Shown piece after piece: positions 9,948-19,718 of a stretch of 64,000 nucleotides of DNA. The DNA comes from an uncultured Gemmatimonadales bacterium (GTDB lineage: Bacteria; Gemmatimonadota; Gemmatimonadetes; Gemmatimonadales; GWC2-71-9). A program made the translations under genes and the position numbers. The stretch lies in contig CAWGED010000010.1 in the NCBI GenBank assembly GCA_963821525.1, forward strand, positions 1 through 64,000. The letters run 5' to 3'. The notes below the pieces were generated by a model that was not told the origin of the DNA, searched no databases, and saw only the letters and a program-made list of their open reading frames with translations. Positions within the stretch are counted from its first letter, which is position 1. Each line of letters starts with the position of its first letter.

Positions 9948-10203
9948 TACTCGCCTGGACTGCGCGACGGTGGTGCGCGCCCTCTGGGAATATCTGGACG
10001 GCCGGGCCAGTCCCGAGCTGGTCGGCGACATCGACGAGCATCTGGCGCGATGTGAAGGCTGCCGGGCGCACTTCGAGTTCGAAGAGCGGCTGGTGGAGAC
10101 CATCGCAGGGCTCCGCCGGCAGCACTCGGATCCGGTTCGGCTTCGGGAGCAGGTACTCGGGGTTCTCCGGGCCGCTGGGATGGGCAGGTCCGACCCGAGC
10201 TGA
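9928..10203 (+). CDS. zinc-binding anti-sigma factor (zf-HC2)
   Basis: C...EYLDG and HLARCEGC (HxxxCxxC); overlaps the sigma gene. Confidence 0.85.
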   Translation: MESSTPDTRLDCATVVRALWEYLDGRASPELVGDIDEHLARCEGCRAHFEFEERLVETIAGLRRQHSDPVRLREQVLGVLRAAGMGRSDPS

Positions 10204-10258
10204 ACCGGCTCCGAGTCGCCGCAGTCTTCGAGTTATCGCATTCGATGAAAGGAGTCAG

Positions 10259-10365
10259 ATGTCGGAGTAGTCCAGCATCGAGAACCATCCCGGGACCTGA
10301 TTCGGATCCTCGGAATCAGTGGCAGCCTGCGCGCCCGGTCGTCGAGCACCGAGCTGCTTCGCGTT
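10259..10365 (+). pseudogene. 5' fragment of NADPH-dependent FMN reductase
   Basis: AAAGGAG plus ATG with early stop, then IRILGISGSLRARSSSTELLR; similarity ends there. Confidence 0.55.
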
Positions 10366-10477
10366 GCTTGCTCCATCACTCCTGCGAATGCGCGGATCAG
10401 GACTCTTTGGCGGATTGGGGGCGCAAGCGTCGCAAGAATCTCGACCTGACGAGCAGGTCACGCATGGGTCCGCTCAA

Positions 10478-11404
10478 TCACGGCGCCTTCTCCTCACGCA
10501 CTGGCTGAGCCAACGCCAGGGTCGCGGTGTCATGAATAGGAGTGGGGACGCCCGCCAGTTCCCCGAAGCGAGACACCGTCCCGCTCAGAATATCGAGTTC
10601 GGTTGGCCCGCCGGACTCGAGGTCCGTCAGGAAGCTTGGTTTTAGCCCAGGGGGAAAGTCGTCGATGACGGCCATTACGCGCGCGACGTCGCTTTCAGGC
10701 AGAGCGATGCCACGGGCGCGCGCCACGGCTACCACCTCTTCCGTCGCCCGCTGGAAGAGACGCCGCCCCAGACGATGAGCCCGGAGCGGTCCCACCGGGG
10801 AGCGGGCCAGTCCGCACGCCGCGGCCAGCGTTACGATGAACACGAACTTCTGCCACAGCTCCAGCTGGATCCGATCGGAAGTGCGCCCGTCAACGCCACC
10901 GTCCCGAAACGCCGCCGCAATCTGATCGACCCGCTCGCTGGGCTGGCCGTCGAGCTCTCCGATTACCACTTCCTGAAACGGGCTGCGTCGCTCGACCACG
11001 CCGGGGCCGAGCCTAACGGCACTGACGCGGGTGAGGCCTCCGATGATGGCGCCCCGTGGCACGCCCAGCTGCTCCAATCGCTCCGTGGTTTCAACCCCGT
11101 TCAACAACGGCACCACGACAGCTCCCTGTTCGGCGCAACGCCGAACCGCTGCACCGATGTCGCCCAGCGAATAGCTCTTGACCGCCAGGATCGCGAAATC
11201 GGCGACCGGAAGCGCTGCGACCTGGTCCGCGGCCATTACATCGGCTCGGAATGCACCCTCGGGCGTCCTGACTTCCACGCCTCTCTCCCGGATCGCCGCG
11301 AGAGTGTCGCCTCGAGCCAGGCAGGAGACCTGGTGTCCGGCGCGCGCCAGGAGCCCGCCGTAGTAGGAACCCACCGCCCCGGTTCCCAACACCATCACCT
11401 TCAT
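10478..11404 (-). CDS. panE: 2-dehydropantoate 2-reductase (ketopantoate reductase family)
   Basis: GTGAVG Rossmann motif; LAVKSY, LNGV, ELWQKF, SFLTDL and TELD. Confidence 0.85.
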   Translation of the reverse strand: MKVMVLGTGAVGSYYGGLLARAGHQVSCLARGDTLAAIRERGVEVRTPEGAFRADVMAADQVAALPVADFAILAVKSYSLGDIGAAVRRCAEQGAVVVPLLNGVETTERLEQLGVPRGAIIGGLTRVSAVRLGPGVVERRSPFQEVVIGELDGQPSERVDQIAAAFRDGGVDGRTSDRIQLELWQKFVFIVTLAAACGLARSPVGPLRAHRLGRRLFQRATEEVVAVARARGIALPESDVARVMAVIDDFPPGLKPSFLTDLESGGPTELDILSGTVSRFGELAGVPTPIHDTATLALAQPVREEKAP

Positions 11405-11523
11405 TCGAGTGCCTACGCCGATCGAGTGGTGAACGTTCGGCCCATGCGACCAAAACGGCAAGACCATCCTCCAATGCAAGAAGGGGCACGGCGAGCCGTG
11501 CCCCAACTCACAGAGATTTGCGC

Positions 11524-12651
11524 CTAACGCGCGGCAAGACCGACGGTTCCGGCTGGCAGTCCGCCGATGGGTCCCAGCCGATCGAGGTGTCCATCCGCTT
11601 GGATCTGGAAAGCGTGGATGGCAGGTGAGCCGGCTACCAGTTCATACAGGTAGCGGCTGTTTCGGCTCACCGTAAGATCGATCGCGCCCGGGCCGACCGT
11701 GGCAGTGGCCCCATCGGCATCGAGCAGAGTGATCGAACCGTCCGTCGCAATCGCGAACCCGGAGATCGAGCCTCCCTGGGTGTTGCCGGTGTACCCGAAG
11801 CGCCCGTCCCGAGTTACAACGGCCCAGCAGGGAGCGCCCTGGTGGGTGCTCACGGCCCCACTCACGAGGGTCAGACTGCCGTTGCCCAGAGTATAGGATG
11901 AAGCCGAGCCCGCTCCGGCTGCCTCGGATACAAACACCAGACCCCGGAGACCCAAGGCGAACCCGAATGGAGTTCCACCGGCCGACGGCACCGAGCTCCG
12001 TTGACCCGCGACACCATTCGCGTCCACCGGGTAGAGGTCGATCAGATTGGTGGCCTTCTCGGTCACGATCAGTTGCCGGCCGTCGGGACTGAACGCCACC
12101 TCCGCCGGATTGGTGGCCGTGCCTGACAGTGATCGGGTAGAGCCGGGGATCGGTGTTAGGTCGCCGTTCCGGTCGACCGAAAAGCCGGTAATGTTGCCAT
12201 CGCCACCCGCGTTCAGCACGTAGACGAGGCCGCCGTGAACCGTCAGGCTGATCGGCAGGATGCCGCCCGACGGAGTGCGGCTGGCCAGCGACAGGCCGTC
12301 GCGCCCGACGTCGAATACCGAAACGTCATTCGAGCCCGCGTTGACGACGAACAGGCGCTGTCCGTCGTCGCTCAGGACCACCGCGCCCTGCGAGCCCAGG
12401 CCGGCTCCGGTGCCGGTGCCGCCGGTCGGAACGGTGCCGATCGAGGTAAGAGTACCGTCGGCCGCGCGAGTGAACACTGCAACCCCGTTGCCTGCAGCTT
12501 GATTGGTGCTGGTGTAGACCGCTCCCACCACGTTGTCCCCCGCCTGGATGGACGGCCCGATCGGCGACGCTGGATCGGTAGTACCGGAGTCTCGCTGGCA
12601 GGCAGCCAATGCCATGGTAGCAAACATGATGCGTGCAAGGTGCTTCGACAT
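11524..12651 (-). CDS. lactonase-type 7-bladed beta-propeller lipoprotein
   Basis: LAAC lipobox; repeated blades (LFVVNAGSNDVSVF, FSPDGRQL, PCW). Confidence 0.85.
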   Translation of the reverse strand: MSKHLARIMFATMALAACQRDSGTTDPASPIGPSIQAGDNVVGAVYTSTNQAAGNGVAVFTRAADGTLTSIGTVPTGGTGTGAGLGSQGAVVLSDDGQRLFVVNAGSNDVSVFDVGRDGLSLASRTPSGGILPISLTVHGGLVYVLNAGGDGNITGFSVDRNGDLTPIPGSTRSLSGTATNPAEVAFSPDGRQLIVTEKATNLIDLYPVDANGVAGQRSSVPSAGGTPFGFALGLRGLVFVSEAAGAGSASSYTLGNGSLTLVSGAVSTHQGAPCWAVVTRDGRFGYTGNTQGGSISGFAIATDGSITLLDADGATATVGPGAIDLTVSRNSRYLYELVAGSPAIHAFQIQADGHLDRLGPIGGLPAGTVGLAAR

Positions 12652-13027
12652 CGATGAAACCTCCCGAAAAGTGAACTGTCACTAATGCCATACTCGGCAC
12701 TAACTCGCCTTTGGATGCTGGGGTTCCATCGCCGGATTGGGACAGAGGGTTCTGATAGCTTTCGATCTCATGCAGACGCTGGAACTGGACGATCAGTTCA
12801 CGGAGTGGGTCCGGGATCTCAGGTCCGATGGTGATGGCCAATCGTCGGGCCATGGCCCGGCTGCATGAAGTGCTCCTCCGCGTGGCCCGGGGTGAGGCAG
12901 GCCGCCGTCGCACGATCTCGCCGACGGTGATACGCTCGAGTGGATTCGCCTCGGCGCTCAGCTCGGCATTGGCCTCCTTGTGTCCGATGCCTGGTGGCTC
13001 GCCGAGGATGGATGGGCCGTGCCATTG

Positions 13028-13078
13028 AGTTGTGGACTCGAATACACAACGCCCGCGCGTGAAGCGCGGGCGTTAGAT
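13028..13078 (+). repeat. attC family, right half
   Basis: AGTTGTGGACTCG..CGCCCGCGCGTGAAGCGCGGGC-GTTAGAT matches the right half of the 21481 and 27075 copies. Confidence 0.75.
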
Positions 13079-13112
13079 GGCGATCGGATCCCGCTTGTAC
13101 TTGCAGGGCCCC

Positions 13113-13274
13113 CTATTTTTGCTGTGTATACCCAGTTTTCACGGTACCGTACGATAGCCCGGCCCCCCCTGTGACGTTCGAATCTTGCTTGACCCTGGCC
13201 GGCTTAAGATCCTTGAGTGGGCCCCGCTTCGCCTTTGTCTTCGTCACCTTCGCTTGGCCCGACTTGCTCGTCAT
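13113..13274 (-). CDS. small basic peptide with double-glycine leader-like motif
   Basis: AAGGAG RBS; 53 aa, MTSK...LKDLKPARVKQDSNVTGG|AGLSYGTVKTGYTQQK. Confidence 0.6.
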   Translation of the reverse strand: MTSKSGQAKVTKTKAKRGPLKDLKPARVKQDSNVTGGAGLSYGTVKTGYTQQK

Positions 13275-13575
13275 GGTCGTCTCCTTGCTGGGTGGCGGCA
13301 CGGTCAATTCCGGATTTGACACTCCTTTGCTCCCACTTCCACGCGCTTCCACCGCAATATCATATTCCCTGCCCATCTGCGATAGACATCCGTCTTCACC
13401 GTGCCGCGATACTCGTTGAAGCGATTGGGAACCGACGGGACGGTTTGTCCTGCGTGGCTGGGGGTGGTTTTTGGGCTGACGTGTGACACATTGTCTACCC
13501 GAGGGCTTCGCCCGCCGTTGGGGATCATTTGAGACGGACTTGCAGGTGTCAGTCTCGGAATAGGGAGAGCCTCAC

Positions 13576-14268
13576 TTGTTCGCCATTAACCATGCGGCGA
13601 CCGCACTCTTAGTAAAGAAGCGCTTTCCTGACCAGCCGATCGTCTGGCTGCTCCTTTCCGTTCAACTCATGGAACTTCTTTGGGTTCTACTAAACCTCGT
13701 CGGGGTCGAACGGACCACTACCGATGCATCGGTCCAGTCCGTCGCGAACATTCACCTCAGTTACATGCCGTACTCTCATTCCGTCGCTTCCGCGGTGGGA
13801 TTGTCGTTGCTCGCCTGGCTTCTGTGCCGCTTTGTCCTGAAGCGCCCGGGCCTCGGCCTGGCCGTCGCGATCGGCATTACTTCGCATTTCGTCCTCGATC
13901 TCGTGACCCACGCCCGAGACCTTCCGTTGGCTCCGGGCATCGATGCACCCAAGCTCGGACTTGGACTTTACGCTGCCCTCCCGATCGGGGCTTTTGTGTT
14001 GGAGCTCGTGTACGGTTTTTGGTGCTGGTGGGTTTATCGCGGCGGGAAAGCCCTCCTGACAGTCATCATTCTCTTCAACGTGGCCAACCTCTCCTTCCTT
14101 TCACCAGCGGTCCCAGGACCTGAGTCCCTGCTCGCGCACCGCCCCACGTTGATCGTATGCGTTATTCTGCTGCAGATCGTGGTCACCCTCTTCCTCGTCG
14201 GATGGTTCAGTTTAAGGCCCTTACCGCCGTATGTCGGGTCGAGCCACCAAAGTCGGCATGCCGCCTAA
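13576..14268 (+). CDS. membrane protein, putative metal-dependent hydrolase
   Basis: Hydrophobic; N-terminal H, PYSHS and SHFVLD..H motifs; stop lies inside GCCTAAC (14263-14269). Confidence 0.75.
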   Translation: MFAINHAATALLVKKRFPDQPIVWLLLSVQLMELLWVLLNLVGVERTTTDASVQSVANIHLSYMPYSHSVASAVGLSLLAWLLCRFVLKRPGLGLAVAIGITSHFVLDLVTHARDLPLAPGIDAPKLGLGLYAALPIGAFVLELVYGFWCWWVYRGGKALLTVIILFNVANLSFLSPAVPGPESLLAHRPTLIVCVILLQIVVTLFLVGWFSLRPLPPYVGSSHQSRHAA

Positions 14269-14384
14269 CCAGCAGCCGGCGCAGACCCCTTGGAGGACGA
14301 CCGTGCGTAACAGGATCTTCGGCCCAATCGGTACGCTCGGCGGTGGAATCCAATAGGCTACCCCATCGGCGGTACTCTTACGTA

Positions 14385-14944
<560 letters not shown>

Positions 14945-15154
14945 CATCTCATGGCGCGAACCGTCCTCGTGATTCATGGTGCTGGAAAGCCTCGGCGGTG
15001 GCGAGGCAGTACTGGACCTGGGCTCGCCGTATCGATGAACTGATCAGGAGTACTCCCAGGCCTCTCTATGTGGGTCGCTCCTTCGGAGCTTCGGTGCTCC
15101 ATCTCTTCTCCTTCCGTCCCCCGGCTTGCCCACTCACACCCTCTTCGCCGCGGG

Positions 15155-15237
15155 TGACGGGCGCTAGGTTTTAAGGAAGCCATCCAGTCGTTGACTCGTA
15201 GACATATCGCCCGCAGGTGAAGCGCTGTCCGTTGGGC
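15155..15237 (+). repeat. attC family site lacking the R'' end
   Basis: TGACGGGCGCTAG..AAGGAAGCCATCCAG..CGCCCGCAGGTGAAGCGC..GTTGGGC. Confidence 0.8.
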
Positions 15238-15258
15238 GTAAAGCACGGAGGAGTCCAC

Positions 15259-15657
15259 ATGACACAAGCAGAGATTTCCGGCATCTCACCCTTTTTTATC
15301 GTGAGCCACGTACCGTCATCGCTTTCGTTTTACCGAGACCGGCTTGGATTTGAGATCACCTTCCAGGGGCCTGATCCTGACGACATCTTCTTCGGCATCG
15401 TTCGCAGGGGCGGTGCGCAGATCCTGCTCAAAGACGTTGGCGTGGCTCCAGTGCCGAACTACACGCGAGACATCAAGAAAGGTATCGCCCGCTGGGACGC
15501 ATTCGTTGTCGTCCCGGATCCTGACGCACTGGCGGCCGAATTTGCTTCGCGCAATGTCGAGTTTTTCGAGCCACTGAAAGACACTGATGACGGTTTGCGT
15601 GGTTTCGAGCTCAAGGACGCCGACGGCTATCTCTTGTTTTTCGGTCGTCCTCGGTGA
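15259..15657 (+). CDS. VOC/glyoxalase family protein
   Basis: ISPFFIV..FYRDRLGF and GLRGFELKDADGYLLFFG; flanked by GTTGGGC and GCCCAAC. Confidence 0.9.
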   Translation: MTQAEISGISPFFIVSHVPSSLSFYRDRLGFEITFQGPDPDDIFFGIVRRGGAQILLKDVGVAPVPNYTRDIKKGIARWDAFVVVPDPDALAAEFASRNVEFFEPLKDTDDGLRGFELKDADGYLLFFGRPR

Positions 15658-15709
15658 TGAGCGTCAGTCGAAATGGGACACATGAATGTTTCCTGCGGCG
15701 GGAGACCAC

Positions 15710-15768
15710 GCCCAACAATGCGCTGCAGTCAATGTGCGAAGACGCGGCGAGCACAGCGCGGGCTATCG
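15710..15768 (+). repeat. degenerate short attC
   Basis: GCCCAAC-AATGCGCTGCAG..GTGCGAAGACGC..CAGCGCGGGC; R' eroded. Confidence 0.6.
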
Positions 15769-16041
15769 GAGGTGAGGATGGCAGTCAGGCCCAATAGGTA
15801 CCGTCGCCTGCATCGATATGCGGATGCCCTCCTCGAGGGCCCGGATTTCATTAGTACCGCCCGTGTCATGGGATCGCTTTGGGCGCTATCTCACCCGCGC
15901 GGTTAGCATTCGACTCCGGTTGGCGACCCCTGTCCCAGGCCGGCGAATCGCCATCTACAGGGATCAGGAAACAGTCCATCGCGATTTACACTGACGACAC
16001 GGTTAATCGCGCCGACAGGTTTCTCCCTCCTCTTATTCGAT

Positions 16042-16508
16042 ATGCGTCATGGGGATCGCTTGAAGAATCTACCTGTCCTCAATGAAACCGATTCCCCGTG
16101 GCCCGCGGTTGACGTCTCGCTCGGCACCATCGTGAATCGCAAGGTCACGTTGGCGTTCATTGGAAGGCTCCAGCGACGACTGCGACGACTCCCATTTGTA
16201 CCCTACTTTAGCGCTCGGGAGGGACATTCCCCCTATTCGAGGCAACGGCATAATCGGCGAAATGAGCCTCCTGGTTCGCAACGGCGCTCAAGCGGTCGAG
16301 TATCGTGCTCCCACCTCAGGCCCCGATCGGGGCTTGCCCGCTTGGCCATGCCGCGGGATTGCAATGTCTTCCGCGAACAGATGAAGCCGCTTCCCCTGCG
16401 CGGGTGGAAAGAATTCTACTCATTCACCCGAGCTACCGGGCCAATGGACACCGACATGTTCTGGACCTATCAGGTACAAGAGGCCCACTTGGAGCGAGGC
16501 CATATAAC
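16042..16508 (+). pseudogene. hypothetical cassette gene, probably frameshifted
   Basis: Lower-GC coding-like text in alternating frames, running into the attC at 16502. Confidence 0.35.
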
Positions 16509-16571
16509 CGGCGCGTGCAGCTGACGATGGTACTCTGGTCGTTTGGGCAACTGATGGGCCAGTCGTTAGCC
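16502..16571 (+). repeat. attC-like site (70 bp)
   Basis: ATATAAC..GCGTGCAGCTGAC ... GCAACTGATGGGC..GTTAGCC. Confidence 0.7.
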
Positions 16572-16605
16572 CGGCTGCGATCAATTCCACCGGGGATCCC
16601 ATGCG

Positions 16606-16710
16606 GCGAAACAGAGCTTGCACCTGTCGGCCGCCAGGTTCAGAAGGAAGCCATTCAGTTGTGAATTTCTGTACCCTCATCGCCCGCAGGTGAAGCGCGG
16701 GCCGTTTTGA
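16606..16710 (+). repeat. attC family site (full length, cores mutated)
   Basis: AAC-AGAGCTTGCACCTGTCGGCCG..AAGGAAGCCATTCAGTTG..CGCCCGCAGGTGAAGCGCGGGCC-GTTTTGA. Confidence 0.8.
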
Positions 16711-16729
16711 CGGCCGATAGGAGGTCGCA

Positions 16730-17342
16730 TTGACCGAGGGCACCAGCCGCATCGAAGCGTACAGCGATGGCGTGTTTGCCATCGCGAGTACCCTGCTGAT
16801 CCTCGAGCTCCGCCTTCCGGATGCGGGCGCCGAAGGGCGTCTGTGGGCTAGCCTCGTGGCACTCTGGCCCTCTTACCTCGCGTTTGGGCTCAGCTTCTTC
16901 ATCATTCTGGTCACCTGGATCGTCCATCACGACCTCATGCGGCTGATCCGGGTGACGACTCAGCCAGTCCTGCTTGCAAACGGCTGCGCACTCATCTACG
17001 TCACGTTCATCCCATTTCCGACCGCGGTGCTCGCTTCCCACCTTGGGAGTCCGGAGGCAAATACGGCGGTTGCCTTCTATTGCGGCACGTTCGTCCTGGG
17101 CAGCGGTGCGTTCAACCTGCTGGTCGCGGCGATCGCTCGCGCTCAATTGCGTCGTCCTGAGGTCGATGCTTCAGGCTATCAGCCGCATCCGCCGGGGCTT
17201 TCGGATAACTTTTCTGATCTATCTCGCCGCGACGGCTATTGCGCTGGTAGCACCGTATGTGGCGCTCGCAATCAACGTCGCCGTGCGGGTGCACTTGCTC
17301 CGCATCCGGTATCAGCCGGCACGGTCAGAGGCAGCCGTCTAA
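16730..17342 (+). CDS. TMEM175/DUF1211 family channel protein (frameshift near 17170)
   Basis: RIEAYSDGVFAIASTLLILEL, W..HH and FIPFPT; C-terminus in another frame. Confidence 0.85.
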
Positions 17343-17351
17343 CCGTCAGGC
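17337..17351 (+). repeat. collapsed attC (cores only)
   Basis: GTCTAAC-C-GTCAGGC containing the upstream stop codon. Confidence 0.45.
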
Positions 17352-17370
17352 GCCATCCAGGGGAGTACGC

Positions 17371-18039
17371 ATGCACCGAACCTGTCCAAACCTTTCCTCG
17401 CTCGGTTTCCTGGCCCTCGCAGCCCTGCCGTTCGGATCGCTGCACGGCCAGACCGGTGGCACCTGCGTGCCTGTCGCCGAGCGGGGGGAGCGCACGCTTG
17501 GCTGCTATATCACGGCGCGCGAAGAGCTGGGTCGCTTGCCTCGGGATTCCGCTCTCTACTGGCACATCGACCGCTTCGCCTCGCAAGCAAGCGCCGAGAC
17601 TGCCAAGGGCCCCCGTAGCACGGTCGTCAACTCCCTGGGGCAGATCTGGCTGTTCACCATCGCCGATTCCGCCTGGCATCCGGCTCAGGGAGAGCGCGTG
17701 GCCCGGATCGGCCCCCTTCCGCTGGTGGCCGCCGACAGCTTCGCCGCCGTGTACATGGAGGGGATCTTTGAGCCAGGCATGCACTCCGTCGTCCACCGTC
17801 ACCCCGGAGTCGAGGCCTGGTACACCATCGTTGGCGAGCAGTGTGTGGAGACCCCGCAGGGCAAACAGGTCCAGCGGGCCGGCGGCCCCGGAGTCATGGT
17901 GCCGGGCGGCCTCCCGATGATGCTGACCGGCACCGGGACCACAATCCGCCAATCGCTGGTCTTGATTCTCCAGGACGCCACTCAGCCCCGCTCCACGCCC
18001 GCCACCGATTGGACGCCCGCCGGACTCTGCCGGCCATAG
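17371..18039 (+). CDS. secreted cupin-domain protein
   Basis: Signal-like N-terminus; VHRHPGVEAWYTIVGE cupin motif. Confidence 0.75.
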   Translation: MHRTCPNLSSLGFLALAALPFGSLHGQTGGTCVPVAERGERTLGCYITAREELGRLPRDSALYWHIDRFASQASAETAKGPRSTVVNSLGQIWLFTIADSAWHPAQGERVARIGPLPLVAADSFAAVYMEGIFEPGMHSVVHRHPGVEAWYTIVGEQCVETPQGKQVQRAGGPGVMVPGGLPMMLTGTGTTIRQSLVLILQDATQPRSTPATDWTPAGLCRP

Positions 18040-18045
18040 CCCCGA

Positions 18046-18513
18046 ATGCACACTATCCACAGCCACGATCGGGTTCACGAGTTGCCTGACGTGCCGCTCC
18101 CGTCCTCCGGGGCGCCGGATCCCCTCGTCTTGGCCGACGAGGATACTCTGGTGATTACCTACATCGCCGCGACCGACGGTGTGGCCACCATCGTGGTGTT
18201 CCGGCAATGCTACGCCAGTCACTTTGGACCACCGAACGACGAATCGTTCGCCACACACCCCCTCACAGGTCGGGGGCTTCGTCCCTGCGGCGCCTTTGAG
18301 GTGCAGAGCTCCTCATGGCTTCGCGACCTGGAGGTGCGCAATCGTGGGCATCCGCGTCATGATCCACAGTTGTTTCAGCAGTTGCGACACTGGGTCTGGA
18401 CCTTTCATGACTCAGTCTTGGAGTGTGCCGCCCTGACCTACACCGTAGTGGAAGCTCAGGGGCTCCCGGATGACCTCCTGCCGCAAATGCGCGCACAGCT
18501 GCGCTCCTCGTAG
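18046..18513 (+). CDS. hypothetical protein (cassette-type)
   Basis: 155-aa ORF (FGPPNDE..HPL, FHDSVLEC) followed by a full attC. Confidence 0.75.
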   Translation: MHTIHSHDRVHELPDVPLPSSGAPDPLVLADEDTLVITYIAATDGVATIVVFRQCYASHFGPPNDESFATHPLTGRGLRPCGAFEVQSSSWLRDLEVRNRGHPRHDPQLFQQLRHWVWTFHDSVLECAALTYTVVEAQGLPDDLLPQMRAQLRSS

Positions 18514-18519
18514 GCTGCT

Positions 18520-18617
18520 GCCTAACCAGCGCATGGACCTGGCGGGCGCTGCTTCAAGGAAGCGGTCCAGTTGCGAACTCGCACAGTCGTCGCCCGCAGG
18601 TGAAGCGGACGTTTAGG
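18520..18617 (+). repeat. attC family site (near intact)
   Basis: GCCTAAC-CAGCGCATGGACCTGGCGGGCG ... CGCCCGCAGGTGAAGCG..GTTTAGG. Confidence 0.85.
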
Positions 18618-18675
18618 TCGCAGATATCGGCAACGACGCAGTCGCTCCGGTTCATCAACCCGCTAGCTTGGAGCC

Positions 18676-19305
18676 ATGGAGTCCGCCACCTCAACGCGCC
18701 GTCGCCGGATCCTCGTGCAGGGGCTCGCAGCGGCCGCGCTGGTCGTCGCCGCCTCGCTGGCCGACCGCTGGGCCTTCGCCCACTTCAATCTCCCAACCGT
18801 CTACGACCAAGGCTGGGGTCGCCTGGTTCGGATCCTGGGCTACCTGCCCTTCTGGGTTCTCGTGGGCTTCGGCATCCTCCGCAGCAGCAGCACGAGCTCG
18901 ACCCGGCGATCGGCACTCCTCCTCATGCTTGCCCCAACCTTGAGTGGGGCGCTAAATGAGCTCCTCAAACTGCTCGTGCGACGGGAGCGACCCGGGCCCA
19001 ACGCAGGGGAGTACGTGTTCCGCGCTTTCACCGATCGGCCCTTCTCCACGGCAGGTTTGGGAATGCCGAGTGGGGACACCATCGTCGCCTTTGCGGCGTG
19101 CACGGTCCTGGCCCGCGCCTGGCCGCAGGCTCGGCTGCTCTGGTATGCCCTGGCTGTGGCCTGTGCCATGGGTCGCGTGCTGAGCCACGCCCATTTTCTC
19201 AGCGATGTGACCGTCGCGGCACTCCTTGGCTGGGCATTGGCGGAGTGGCTGTGGAGGCGATATGGTCCGCCATCCACCGCCCACCATACGGCCTCTGCTG
19301 CCTGA
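18676..19305 (+). CDS. PAP2-family membrane phosphatase-like protein
   Basis: KLLVRRERP, PSGD (canonical PSGH) and RVLSHAHFLSDV. Confidence 0.8.
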   Translation: MESATSTRRRRILVQGLAAAALVVAASLADRWAFAHFNLPTVYDQGWGRLVRILGYLPFWVLVGFGILRSSSTSSTRRSALLLMLAPTLSGALNELLKLLVRRERPGPNAGEYVFRAFTDRPFSTAGLGMPSGDTIVAFAACTVLARAWPQARLLWYALAVACAMGRVLSHAHFLSDVTVAALLGWALAEWLWRRYGPPSTAHHTASAA

Positions 19306-19354
19306 CGGTCGCATGAAGCTGGCGGGTCGCGGCCGCTGGCGCAGGCCGTCAGGC
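19300..19354 (+). repeat. short attC-like site (55 bp)
   Basis: GCCTGAC..GCATGAAGCTGGCGGG..GTCAGGC; perfectly complementary cores; overlaps the PAP2 stop. Confidence 0.7.
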
Positions 19355-19429
19355 GACAGCAAAGGCATCGAGAATGGGCATGCAGACGCGACTGAACGCC
19401 GAACGCGGAGCGTGTTCGCGGAGGATCGA

Positions 19430-19699
19430 ATGGACGAGGACTTGGCTGGCATGTCCCGGGAGCAATTGATCGAGGAGGTCAGGAAACTCCGCCGTGGCAT
19501 TCGCGCGCACCGCGACAGTACAGGCCATGAGCTCTGCTGGCACCACCCCGCGCTCTGGGGCCTCTTACCCGAGAAGCAGGATCCGCTTCCTGTAGTCCCG
19601 GAGTGGCCCGAGTTCATCCGCGGTTGTGTGCGGTACCGGCAGTCGCTAGACGAGCAGGCGCCGAGGGCGCCACGCTCATCGGAGCCGTACGGTCGCTGA
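19430..19699 (+). CDS. hypothetical protein
   Basis: GGAGG RBS; 89 aa (HRDSTGHELCWHHP..PEWPEFIRGC). Confidence 0.75.
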   Translation: MDEDLAGMSREQLIEEVRKLRRGIRAHRDSTGHELCWHHPALWGLLPEKQDPLPVVPEWPEFIRGCVRYRQSLDEQAPRAPRSSEPYGR

Positions 19700-19718
19700 G
19701 CTCCAGGCGGAGATCCTA

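Noticed and set aside
11522..11528. GCCTAAC / GTTAGGC core at the lactonase stop
   Set aside because: No L boxes or partner arm; compatible with chance.
12700..13025. Coding-like minus-strand text (..ELSAEANPLERITVGEI..DPLRELIVQFQRLHEIESYQ)
   Set aside because: Broken across frames with no recognisable family; cannot be called.
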